In this document: piece by piece, positions 26,772 to 35,860 of the stretch | How the letters are laid out: every line of letters begins with the position of its first letter | Position numbering within the stretch: the first letter of the stretch is position 1 | Assembly (NCBI GenBank): GCA_038045825.1 | Contig: JBBSXJ010000001.1 | Coordinates: 6,281 to 70,280, forward strand | Direction: 5' to 3' | Length of the DNA: 64,000 nt | Source of the DNA: Nanobdellota archaeon | GTDB taxonomy: Archaea > Nanobdellota > Nanobdellia > Pacearchaeales > GW2011-AR1 | Notes under the pieces: generated by a model | What the model was told of the DNA's origin: nothing | What the model saw: only the letters and a program-made list of their open reading frames with translations | The model's database searches: none | Position numbers and translations under genes: made by a program

Positions 26772-27701
26772 ATGAAATTTCTTAAAAGAATGGAATTAAA
26801 GAATGCTAAAGTTGATTTTCAGGCGACTGGGTGGGTTGTTGAAAAAGATAGACCTGCCAGATTTGGTGCTTTAAGTAGATGGTTTGTTAATAGGGTTGAA
26901 GGATTTGGCAAAAATGTAGATTCTATCTTAGAACATGCCTATCAGAAAGGAGAGAATAGAGTTATGGTTCTTACAGATTATTATCAACCTAAATTTCAAA
27001 GAGTTGTAAATGATAATTCAGTAACTGCTCTTGAAAGGGTTGGTGTAGGTGTTCATGATGATTACAAAGACACTTTCACAGGGTTTACTAAAAATGGAGG
27101 AAGAAGCTGGCTGTATTTAGTTAGAGGAAAAGAATACTTCTGTAGAGAAGGTCATGTATTGGCTGTCGGGACTCCAACGTCACTTCCTGCTGAAAGAAGT
27201 TGGTATAGACACGGACCAAAACTTGAAGATGTATTGAAATTTGAAAAAGATCAAGATGCTATTCTTATTCCTTCTCATCCTCTTTCAAAGTTTGGATTTG
27301 GTGTCAAAGCAATATTGCTTGCAATTGGAGAACCATCTGGGACAAACCTTGGATTACAAGAAGATACTATTAGGAAATATGCTGATTATTTTGATGCTCT
27401 TGAAGCTTATAGTTTAAGTATGGATTCAAAACAAACTAAAAGAGTTCAAGAATTAGCAAGAGAACTTAAACTGTCTACAGTTAGTAATACAGATGCTGAT
27501 TTGAGGTCAAGTTTCTCTACATACAATACTTTTGATTTAGTTGACTTAACTAATCCTCAAAAATTCAGAGATAGTATTAGAGCTGGTTTAAAGGGAGAAG
27601 GAAATAAACATGTAGAACATAGAGGAGAATTTGTTAAATCTCTAAGAGACAAGATAACACATATTTTGCTTAATGTTGCTCAAAGTAGAAAATATTTCTA
27701 A
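26772..27701 (+). CDS. hypothetical protein
   Basis: A 309-aa ORF. Its weak resemblance to metal-dependent phosphoesterases is not convincing. Confidence 0.5.
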   Translation: MKFLKRMELKNAKVDFQATGWVVEKDRPARFGALSRWFVNRVEGFGKNVDSILEHAYQKGENRVMVLTDYYQPKFQRVVNDNSVTALERVGVGVHDDYKDTFTGFTKNGGRSWLYLVRGKEYFCREGHVLAVGTPTSLPAERSWYRHGPKLEDVLKFEKDQDAILIPSHPLSKFGFGVKAILLAIGEPSGTNLGLQEDTIRKYADYFDALEAYSLSMDSKQTKRVQELARELKLSTVSNTDADLRSSFSTYNTFDLVDLTNPQKFRDSIRAGLKGEGNKHVEHRGEFVKSLRDKITHILLNVAQSRKYF

Positions 27702-27703
27702 TA

Positions 27704-28633
27704 TCATATTAGATAAGCAATTGCTAAAGCAATAAAGCATCCTATTGATATGAAAGGCATGGCTGGATAGAACTTGCCTTTTTCTGATTTATAGAATAGG
27801 AATGCTAGAGCTAAAGTAGCTCCTACTGAAATTGTTACTGCTTGCCATAATCCTAGAGTTCTAAGAACAACTCCTGCAAGTATTATAGGGAATACAACAT
27901 CTCCTCCACCTAGAATTGCCAAATTGATCTTTATTTTCTTTGCTTTGCTCTCTTTTTCTTTTATTGATTTAGCTTTGCTAAGAACCAACTTGTCTTCTCT
28001 TCTCATGTAAGGTACAAAGAAACCTGAGAAGAGCTTTAGTTTTTGGATTTGGAACTTAGCCATTTTTTGCATGAATCCAGAGTGCCATACTGCATACATA
28101 TCATATAGAGATATTACTACAAGCAAAATAGATACAGACCACACATTAAGAATTGGTATGAATACTGTAGCTATTCCAGGGTAAATTAATAATTCTGTTG
28201 CATTATGGACATACATATTTCTATGGAATATTTTTAGTATTCCTAGAGGGATTGCTAAAATTAATGAAATGAGTGTTGCTCTTGGAAAAGGCATAAGAAA
28301 CGCATTTATGGCTATTGATAATCCAAGAATAACGACTATTGTGAACCATCCCCTCAAGAATGTTTCTGCTTTTAATTTCATAAGAAATAGCATCAATGCA
28401 ACCGCTATTATTAGAGCAATTACTATTGATATTATTGATTCTTGGGGTTTTATGTCTGTAGGAGGGTCAAGACCATAAGGAAGATTGTAAACTGTTTCGT
28501 TCTTTATTTCTCCAGTTTCTGTGACTACTTGCTTTATTTCTGGAAGATATTGATGAGCTACATAAATTCCTATTAATTGTGCAAAAAAGAATAAACTTAT
28601 CAGAATTAATGTGACTTTTACTGTATGCTTCAT
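27704..28633 (-). CDS. presenilin/signal-peptide-peptidase homologue (A22 intramembrane aspartyl protease)
   Basis: It is polytopic, with the catalytic 'YD' ('SLYDMYAVW') and 'GxGD' ('LGGGDVVFP') motifs and a PAL-like 'YPAMPF' near the C-terminus. Confidence 0.75.
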   Translation of the reverse strand: MKHTVKVTLILISLFFFAQLIGIYVAHQYLPEIKQVVTETGEIKNETVYNLPYGLDPPTDIKPQESIISIVIALIIAVALMLFLMKLKAETFLRGWFTIVVILGLSIAINAFLMPFPRATLISLILAIPLGILKIFHRNMYVHNATELLIYPGIATVFIPILNVWSVSILLVVISLYDMYAVWHSGFMQKMAKFQIQKLKLFSGFFVPYMRREDKLVLSKAKSIKEKESKAKKIKINLAILGGGDVVFPIILAGVVLRTLGLWQAVTISVGATLALAFLFYKSEKGKFYPAMPFISIGCFIALAIAYLI

Positions 28634-28739
28634 ATTTCCTCTTCCGAATTAAACTTGAGCTCCAATGTATTTAAATGTGAGGTGTTTGTTAAAACTGATT
28701 AATAGAAAAACTTAAATAGTATCACCCAGGTAATACTTT

Positions 28740-28952
28740 ATGGAAACAAATAAGTCTGACATGGAAACTGTGCCTACGAAGTTAACTAAAAGAATTATCA
28801 CTGAAATGGAAGAAATAATTAAACAGGGATGGTATGCTAATAGATCTGAATTAATTAGGGATGCTGTGCGCGACTTAGTTAAAAAACAAAAAATAACCTT
28901 ATTGGAGTCTGCTATAAAAGAGGATATTCAATGGGGATTGTATGGAAAGTAA
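28740..28952 (+). CDS. CopG/RHH-family antitoxin
   Basis: 'GWYANRSELIRDAVRDLV' is an RHH signature. It overlaps the PIN gene. Confidence 0.75.
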   Translation: METNKSDMETVPTKLTKRIITEMEEIIKQGWYANRSELIRDAVRDLVKKQKITLLESAIKEDIQWGLYGK

Positions 28953-29427
28953 GGCTATCTCTGATACTGGTCCTGTAATTCATTTAAATGAAATTAATTT
29001 AACTTCTGCTTTGGATGTTTTTTCATCAATATTCATACCATTAGAAGTTTCTCATGAATTGCAAAAATATAAAATAAATCTTCCAAAAAAAATAAAGGTT
29101 AGAGAATTAGAGGGACTGTCTAAAGATATAGTTAAGATTTTAACTAATGAGTATGACTTGGATATTGGAGAATCTTGTGCTATTTCATTGGCATTGCAAG
29201 AGAAAGCGGATTACTTTCTTACAGATGATTTAGAGGCTCGCGAAACAGCAAAAAAATACAAATTGGAAGTTCATGGGACTGTAGGAATTATTCTAAGAGC
29301 ATTTAAGGAAAAAATAATTGATAGAAAGACAGCTATAACAAGAATAAACGATTTACATGAGAAATCTACTTTATTTATCACAAAAGATCTTATTAAAAAT
29401 ATAATAGAAGCAATTGAGTCATTTTGA
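28942..29427 (+). CDS. PIN-domain nuclease toxin
   Basis: It has an N-terminal 'ISDTGPVIHL', then acidic residues 'GESCAISLA' and 'FLTDDLEAR', and pairs with the upstream RHH gene. Confidence 0.75.
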   Translation: MESKAISDTGPVIHLNEINLTSALDVFSSIFIPLEVSHELQKYKINLPKKIKVRELEGLSKDIVKILTNEYDLDIGESCAISLALQEKADYFLTDDLEARETAKKYKLEVHGTVGIILRAFKEKIIDRKTAITRINDLHEKSTLFITKDLIKNIIEAIESF

Positions 29428-29599
29428 TGTCGATAGTCTCTCACATAAACCACACCTTTTAGGAGGTGTTCAAGACTTCGATCACTGCAACAGTATCGTC
29501 TGTTGCAGGTACTACAACTTCTTTGAAGTTGAAGTCATCCAAAAATCGAGCACCAATCAAACCACACACTTTAGTATATGGCAGTGCATCGATTTTTTG
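29427..29599 (-). mobile_element. miniature hairpin repeat element, copy C (173 bp, longest)
   Basis: The reverse complement begins 'caaaaaatcgatgcac' and ends 'gagagactatcgacat'. Internal perfect hairpins are ctgcaacag/ctgttgcag, caacttc/gaagttg and acacct/aggtgt. A long-range stem pairs caaaaaatcgatgcac with gtgctcgatttttgg. Confidence 0.65.
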
Positions 29600-29625
29600 A
29601 TATGAATAATTTGCAAGTATGTTTA

Positions 29626-32600
29626 CTACTTCAATCTAATTGTTTCCAAATTTCTAGGAACTATTGTTTCTATACCATACTGGCGGTAAATACTTGATGC
29701 GAAATCCAAACAACGAGATTGTTCTCCGTGAGAAATTATTACTTTCTTAGGTTTAGGAGTCATTCTTCCTATAAACTGCATTAACTCTCCTCTTCCAGAG
29801 TGAGCTGAAAGACCAGACATTGTTTCAACTTGCATGTTTACATTTATTGTCTCTCCTCCAAAGTTTTCATCTATTCTTACAACTTTATTTCCTTCTGAGA
29901 CTTGTCTTCCTAAGGTATTAGGTCCTTGGTAACATCCGAAAATTATTAGGTTCTTTTCATTTTCAGCAAATTCTTTGAAATATTCAACTGAAGCTCCTCC
30001 AGCAAGCATTCCGTTTGTTGCAATAACTATGCATGGGCCTCCTTCAAAGACTTCTTTTCTTTCTGTAGGAGAACCTACTCTTTTGAATAATGAAGAAGTA
30101 AATGGATTTTCATCATTGAAGATTTTATTTCTTATATTACTTCCAAGAAATTCTGGGTAAGCTGTGTGAATTGCAGTTATATCCCATAACATACCATCAA
30201 GATAAACTGGAATTTGGGGAAGCTTCCCTGTGCGAATTGCATCTTCCACTCTTAGCAATGTTTCTTGAGCGTGACCTAAACCCAATTCAGGAAGAAGTAT
30301 CTTTCCCCCTCTCTTTATAGTATCATTAACTAGAATGCAGAATTTCTCATCAACTTCTGATAATGGGGGCTGAATCTGGTCTTTGCTTCCATAAGTTGAT
30401 TCTACCATTATTGATTCAACTCTCGGATAGAAGTTTACAGCGGGATCGAGAAGTCTTGTTTTTCTATAATTTGAGTCTCCAGTATAAACAAAATTATGTA
30501 ATCCATTTCCTATATTTACATGAGTTATAGCTGATCCAAGAACGTGTCCGGCATTATAAAATGTAATCCTAATATCTGGAGTTATATCAAAGACTTCTCC
30601 ATAATTAAGACATATTGAGTGTCTAACCATCTCTTTTACATCATCTGCTCTGTATATTGGAACTTCTGCTTTTTTGTAATGTACACTTACAAGATCAAGA
30701 GCAAGAAGAGCTGAGATATCTCTTGTTGGAGGAGTCATATATACAGGACCTTTGTACCCCATCTTGTATAGATAAGGAATTAATCCAGAATTGTGAACCA
30801 CTATATTTCCGGCTATAAAGTTGTGGCTTTCTACTTCTATATCTACTAAATAAGGATATGGATTTTCTTTTGAATCTATGGTTGTTATTTTTTCCCAGAT
30901 AACCTCTAATTTAAGAATATTTTCTAGAAGAGATATTTTATTATTAATGGCAGAAATTGTAGATGTCATCTTGTCTTTCATAAAAGATGAAAGGATGTGT
31001 GAAATCGAAGCCGCAAATTCTTTAGAAATTCTGTTTTCTTCTATTTGTTGTATTTGAGAAACTTTTAAACCAGTAGAAAGGCTTATTTCAGTTCTGGTAA
31101 GACTTAATAGCTGCCTAAGAACATACATATCATTTAGATCTATTCTTTTATTAATTTCAGTTATTCTATTCTTTAATACATATAGAAGTGTTTCTGCAGT
31201 CTTTCTTGTTGCATATCCTTCTTTTCTTCTAAATAAGTCTAAAAGACTCATAGGTAAAATATTACTTAAATTTGGACTATCATGTACTTTTCCCAACATG
31301 CCCGCTACTTTTAGTATTTCTCGCAAGTCATTTGAAGTTAAAGGCACTAAATCTTGTTTATTAAATTCATGATTATTAAACTTGGAAACTTCACTCATCA
31401 GATTGTCCATTTTATATTTTATTGAGAAGCCAACTTTTTCTTTGAACCTAGACAATCCGTAAATTGAAGATATACTTATGTCGTTGCCTGAAATATGTGA
31501 AGGGATATTGTTTAAAGAGAATAGATGCTGTAAATCTTTAATCATTTCTTTGCTGAATGAAGTTATTTTAATTCTGTTTGAAACTGTACCTTCTGCATCA
31601 GCAAAACCCCTTAAAAATGCTAGTTGTACTTCGTTTCCTGAATTAATTATCTTTTCAGGTATCCTAATATCTCTTGTTTTAGAGAAAAATTCTGGAAAGT
31701 TATTTTCCAAGAATCTAATTATTTTTATATTGTTTATTTCAAGAATATGTGCATTTTTTGTTTTATCTGAGTGATGCCTTATTATTGCCTCGGAATTAAA
31801 TAACTCTTTGATTATTTCTTTATGATATTCTAAAATTGGGATATGTGAATCTGTTAACCTTAAAGAATAAGGTGTTGATTTATGCCCATCACCCATATAA
31901 TAACCAATAAATTCTGCTAGATTTGGAGTCAGCTCATGAGGAAGATGTGTTTTGCCTTCCCCTTTTTTATTATATTGGACTTTAGTGATTAGTGGAATTA
32001 GCTCTCCTAATTTTTGATCTTTATGGAGTAAATTTGATGGCAAGAGCATATGTTCTGTTAATTCTTGGGCCTCAGTTTCTTTGATTTCTAGATTTTTAAC
32101 TGTAAAGAATCTATGGTTTGGAGAAGACTCTATTGTTGAATAAGGCGTTTTAATTGTTAGTACTCTTTTATGCCCATTAGTTTGAGTTTTTTCAGTTACT
32201 TTAGATGATATATATTTACCAGATTTCCAATCTAATGAAATTACGTTTTCCCCTACTTTAATATCATCTATTTTCTTGTAACCTTTTTCTGTTAGAACAG
32301 GATATTGTGGAGGCAGACAATGGTCTAAATGAGCGTGTGAAAGAACTATTGCATCAATACTTGAAATGTCTCCTATTTCAGAAACATCTAAGTAAGGGAA
32401 TCTTTCTGGACCAGATATAACTCCAACGTTTATTCCACAGTCAAAAACTATCTTTGACTTTGGAGTCTGCAATAAAAGACATGAACGGCCTACTTGTCTT
32501 CCAGACCCAAGATAAGTAAGTCTAACCCACATATCCATCTTTTCAGGATTCCAGTTCTCATAAATCTTCTTTCCAATTTCATTCAAGAATTTCTTTCTGT

Positions 32601-33051
32601 AAGAGTTATTTGCATAAAGGACATCTCTGATTTTTTCAGTTATTTTTGAGTGGATCGCAGGACTTCTTTGAGTTTGGATTGTCCACATCGTAGAATTCTT
32701 TATTTCTTTTAGAATTGAACCATTCTTTCCTATTACTATTCCAGGGCGCTTTGCCTCCACTATTGCAGTAGATCTAGGAACATCAAATATTATGGATTCT
32801 ATTTCTGCATCTGTTGGAACTAATTCACGAATGGTCTTCTCAGTCTCTTCTTGAGGGGCTAGCATTGAACTATCCGCCCTTAACTCTATTCTTTTTTTTA
32901 CCTTCTTTACTATATCTCTTATTTTATCATCTGAGTTTCTAAAGAATTCTTTGTCTGTTGTGTAAAGAACTATGTTTGCTCCTTCAAAGATTGCCTCGCT
33001 AACTACACCGTTAGGTAATTCGCTTTTTATTGCCTTTAATATTTCACTCAT
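29626..33051 (-). CDS. aCPSF1 (KH-domain beta-CASP metallo-beta-lactamase ribonuclease), interrupted by an intein
   Basis: It has N-terminal KH domains ('GIVIGKNGSILKEIK'). The MBL motif 'LSHAHLDH' resumes after the intein with 'SGLIPYLYKMGYKGPVYMTPP'. It also has a beta-CASP region and a C-terminal 'ISHGE'. Confidence 0.9.
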   Translation of the reverse strand: MSEILKAIKSELPNGVVSEAIFEGANIVLYTTDKEFFRNSDDKIRDIVKKVKKRIELRADSSMLAPQEETEKTIRELVPTDAEIESIIFDVPRSTAIVEAKRPGIVIGKNGSILKEIKNSTMWTIQTQRSPAIHSKITEKIRDVLYANNSYRKKFLNEIGKKIYENWNPEKMDMWVRLTYLGSGRQVGRSCLLLQTPKSKIVFDCGINVGVISGPERFPYLDVSEIGDISSIDAIVLSHAHLDHCLPPQYPVLTEKGYKKIDDIKVGENVISLDWKSGKYISSKVTEKTQTNGHKRVLTIKTPYSTIESSPNHRFFTVKNLEIKETEAQELTEHMLLPSNLLHKDQKLGELIPLITKVQYNKKGEGKTHLPHELTPNLAEFIGYYMGDGHKSTPYSLRLTDSHIPILEYHKEIIKELFNSEAIIRHHSDKTKNAHILEINNIKIIRFLENNFPEFFSKTRDIRIPEKIINSGNEVQLAFLRGFADAEGTVSNRIKITSFSKEMIKDLQHLFSLNNIPSHISGNDISISSIYGLSRFKEKVGFSIKYKMDNLMSEVSKFNNHEFNKQDLVPLTSNDLREILKVAGMLGKVHDSPNLSNILPMSLLDLFRRKEGYATRKTAETLLYVLKNRITEINKRIDLNDMYVLRQLLSLTRTEISLSTGLKVSQIQQIEENRISKEFAASISHILSSFMKDKMTSTISAINNKISLLENILKLEVIWEKITTIDSKENPYPYLVDIEVESHNFIAGNIVVHNSGLIPYLYKMGYKGPVYMTPPTRDISALLALDLVSVHYKKAEVPIYRADDVKEMVRHSICLNYGEVFDITPDIRITFYNAGHVLGSAITHVNIGNGLHNFVYTGDSNYRKTRLLDPAVNFYPRVESIMVESTYGSKDQIQPPLSEVDEKFCILVNDTIKRGGKILLPELGLGHAQETLLRVEDAIRTGKLPQIPVYLDGMLWDITAIHTAYPEFLGSNIRNKIFNDENPFTSSLFKRVGSPTERKEVFEGGPCIVIATNGMLAGGASVEYFKEFAENEKNLIIFGCYQGPNTLGRQVSEGNKVVRIDENFGGETINVNMQVETMSGLSAHSGRGELMQFIGRMTPKPKKVIISHGEQSRCLDFASSIYRQYGIETIVPRNLETIRLK
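30790..32319 (-). mobile_element. aCPSF1 intein with LAGLIDADG homing-endonuclease domain (510 aa)
   Basis: It starts at Cys245 ('CLPPQYPVL'), has block B 'SSPNHRF', LAGLIDADG motifs 'FIGYYMGDGH' and 'LRGFADAEGT', and ends 'GNIVVHN' followed by +1 Ser. I checked the codons on the sequence: tgt at rc 32319-32317, aat at rc 30792-30790. Confidence 0.88.
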
Positions 33052-33063
33052 TGTAATTAGAAA

Positions 33064-33735
33064 TTACTTTACTGTTTCAAAACTTACTATAGCTTCCTTA
33101 TCTGCTACTTGTTTAATTTCACCTTTCTTTACAAGGTAAATATCCATTCCAGCTCCTACACTAGGTTCTCTGGCCGTAGCTGCCTTAATACATTTTGTGA
33201 CCATTGTAATAGCTTCTTCTGTTGACATATTCTTCTTATATTCCATGTCTAGTATAGGATGTGCTTGTGCTATACCTGAACCAGTAGCAACATACGTTTC
33301 TGACTCTTGAATATAACCATCTGGAGAAATGTCATATAAGTATAACCCGTTTTCATCATAACCTGATAAAATAAAATGAGTTATTGCCGGAATCATTGAA
33401 GGTGTTCTGATATTCCCGTATACCATATTTGCCATGAAATTAGCTGCTTCTGGTACAGATATTCTTTCCTTTGTTCTTAGTTCTTTTAATTTGAATTCTG
33501 CACGTAAAATGTCCAAAACTTTTCTTGTATCTGAAGCTGTACCTGCTGTTGTAGCAATCATTCTGTCTGTTAACTCCAGAACTTTCTTAGCTGCTCCTGC
33601 AAGGTATGAAACTCCTCCGCCTTGAGCACCATAAGATTGTCTTCTATCTGCAGCTACGATTATCCCGTCTTTGCAAACTATGCCAATTGTTAAAGTTCCT
33701 GTTTTTAAAACGTGTTTTGAAATGTCTTCATTCAT
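33064..33735 (-). CDS. psmB: proteasome subunit beta
   Basis: A propeptide is followed by 'TGTLTIGIVCKDGIIVAADRR', the Ntn-hydrolase beta-subunit pattern. Confidence 0.9.
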   Translation of the reverse strand: MNEDISKHVLKTGTLTIGIVCKDGIIVAADRRQSYGAQGGGVSYLAGAAKKVLELTDRMIATTAGTASDTRKVLDILRAEFKLKELRTKERISVPEAANFMANMVYGNIRTPSMIPAITHFILSGYDENGLYLYDISPDGYIQESETYVATGSGIAQAHPILDMEYKKNMSTEEAITMVTKCIKAATAREPSVGAGMDIYLVKKGEIKQVADKEAIVSFETVK

Positions 33736-33796
33736 TAGAAAGAATACCTCTTAGATTATTCTAAACCAATAGTATTTAAATTTTTCTATGGAAAAT

Positions 33797-35860
33797 TTAG
33801 TGTATTTCTGGAGCACTTACTACTTCTGAAACACCATTAGTTTTCTTGAAACGTATGACATGATCTACAAAACCTTCCATTTTTGTTTCATGGCTTACAA
33901 TAAGGAGCTGTTTTACATTTAACTCCTTTAACATGTCTCTCATCTTGTCAAGTTGTTGTTCTGAGAATCCTTCAGTAGGTTCATCTAATATTACTACATC
34001 GCTTGTTTTTATTTTACTTAAAACTGAGTTAATTAGCTGATTTAGTGCTAATCTATAGGCTAGAGCTACTGCAGTTCTTTCTCCTCCTGAAAGATATTCA
34101 TAATCTAACTCAAATTCATTATGAATTATTACAGGTGAGAAGTTTTCATCTAGATAAACTTCAAAAGCGTCAGTTGTAAGCATTGAAAACCATTTGTTGA
34201 ATATTTTTGTAAACTCTTTTCTCAAAGCAATTAATATATTCTTTTCAGTAAACTTTGTAAGATTTGTGAAGTTGTTAGACAACCATGTTTCTACATCAAG
34301 CATTTTTATTAATTTATTTCTTGATTCCTGTCCTTTTTGTATCTCCACACTATATTTTAGTATTTCTTTTATAGTCAATTCTATTTCTTTTTTTATCTCT
34401 GCAAACTCTATCTCTTTGTTCTTTTCTGAGTTAACTAAAAATGCCAATTCATCTCTTTTAATTTTCAATAAGTTGTCGTACTTTAAATAATCTAAAGAAT
34501 TCTTTTTCTGCGAATCTATTTGATCATTAATAAAAACGATATCTTTTTCAAAAGCTTCTTTTATCTTTTCTAATTCTTGCTTTTTAGATATATATTTATT
34601 TAGATTTTCCTGCTTGGCATTATTGATTTGTATTGCGATCTTATCATTCTCCAAGCTTTTTAGAATACTCTTCTGGTTTGCTATATCAATGCTAATTCTT
34701 TGAATCTCATTTGTAAGAACTATTTTATCTTTATCAAATCTGCTTATTTTTGTTTCTACTTCATTTATTATGTTGTGTTTGTGAGCTTCTGGAACATCTT
34801 GAAGACAAGTAGGACAATGTGTTAACTGAAATATTTTTGTTTTTTTAACTAGTTCGCTTTGCTTTTGAATATCCAGAGAGTTACTGTTTGAACTAAATTT
34901 CAAATAATCTCTTTCTAATGAATCTATTAATATCAGAGTCTTTTCTATTTGCTCATTAATCTTCTTTGGATCAAGACTTATAGCTACAGACTTGGATGAA
35001 TTTATCAAATCATCAATTTCAGACATATCTTTAGTAAAGCGAGATGTTTGTTCATGTTTATTTCTCAATACCAATGAGAGCTTTTCTATTTCTTTCTTGA
35101 AACTCTCTCTTTCTACCAACTTATTTTGTAGATTCTCAACTTCCTTTTCTTTTAACAATCTCTCTTCTTTTGTTTTCTTTATTTCTTCTTGTTTTCCTGC
35201 TATTTTAGATTCAAGAATACCAACAAACTTTTGACTTGAATCTAAATCATTCTTTCTAGTATCTATAATTGCTGATTCTGCTTGTAAGTATCTTGACTCA
35301 TCTCTTATTATAGATGCTATTCTAGCTATATTTTCCTGTATTCTTTTGTATTTGTCTATTCCAAAAACGTGTCTTAAGACATCTAGTCTTGTTTCAGTAT
35401 CCTCTTGAATTATTTTCTTCATTTCTTCTTGGGGGGTATAAACAGTGTATTTATAAACAAGATTATTTTTCCTTACAAATTCTACTGGATAATTAAGAAG
35501 TGCTAATATTCTGGATTTTACTTCTGTAACTGATGACTCAAATCTTGAACCATTTACAGTAATTGTAGCAAAGTCTTGATTTATTGATTTTGAACTTCTT
35601 TTTAGGCCCCTATCTATTATTACGTTGCTTCCATTAATATCAAGTTCTAATGAGATTTCACCATATTCTTCTCCATTTGAGAGTAATGCTGAACCTCTCT
35701 GTCCAGGCTGAAGACCAAAAAGAGCATATTCTATTGCTAAAAGAATAGATGTTTTTCCAGAGCCTACATCTCCTGCTAAAAGAACTGCTCCTTCTGGAAA
35801 AACTACTTCTTCCTCTTTGTAACTTCTTATATTTTTTAGTCTGATTTTCTTGAATATCAT
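33797..35860 (-). CDS. rad50: DNA double-strand break repair Rad50 ATPase (short coiled coil)
   Basis: Walker A 'GDVGSGKTS', zinc hook 'CPTC', ABC signature 'LSGGERTAVALAYRLAL' and Walker B 'VVILDEPT'. Confidence 0.9.
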   Translation of the reverse strand: MIFKKIRLKNIRSYKEEEVVFPEGAVLLAGDVGSGKTSILLAIEYALFGLQPGQRGSALLSNGEEYGEISLELDINGSNVIIDRGLKRSSKSINQDFATITVNGSRFESSVTEVKSRILALLNYPVEFVRKNNLVYKYTVYTPQEEMKKIIQEDTETRLDVLRHVFGIDKYKRIQENIARIASIIRDESRYLQAESAIIDTRKNDLDSSQKFVGILESKIAGKQEEIKKTKEERLLKEKEVENLQNKLVERESFKKEIEKLSLVLRNKHEQTSRFTKDMSEIDDLINSSKSVAISLDPKKINEQIEKTLILIDSLERDYLKFSSNSNSLDIQKQSELVKKTKIFQLTHCPTCLQDVPEAHKHNIINEVETKISRFDKDKIVLTNEIQRISIDIANQKSILKSLENDKIAIQINNAKQENLNKYISKKQELEKIKEAFEKDIVFINDQIDSQKKNSLDYLKYDNLLKIKRDELAFLVNSEKNKEIEFAEIKKEIELTIKEILKYSVEIQKGQESRNKLIKMLDVETWLSNNFTNLTKFTEKNILIALRKEFTKIFNKWFSMLTTDAFEVYLDENFSPVIIHNEFELDYEYLSGGERTAVALAYRLALNQLINSVLSKIKTSDVVILDEPTEGFSEQQLDKMRDMLKELNVKQLLIVSHETKMEGFVDHVIRFKKTNGVSEVVSAPEIH

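Noticed and set aside
29414-29605. 63-aa + strand ORF, and a minus-strand reading 'QKIDALPYTKVCGLIGARFLDDFNFKEVVVPATDDTVAVIEVLNTS'
   Set aside because: - The region is the 173-bp repeat element, made of nested perfect hairpins.
- The shorter copies delete internal parts irrespective of frame.
- One copy carries stops.

A DNA/RNA-level element explains the similarity better than a conserved peptide does.
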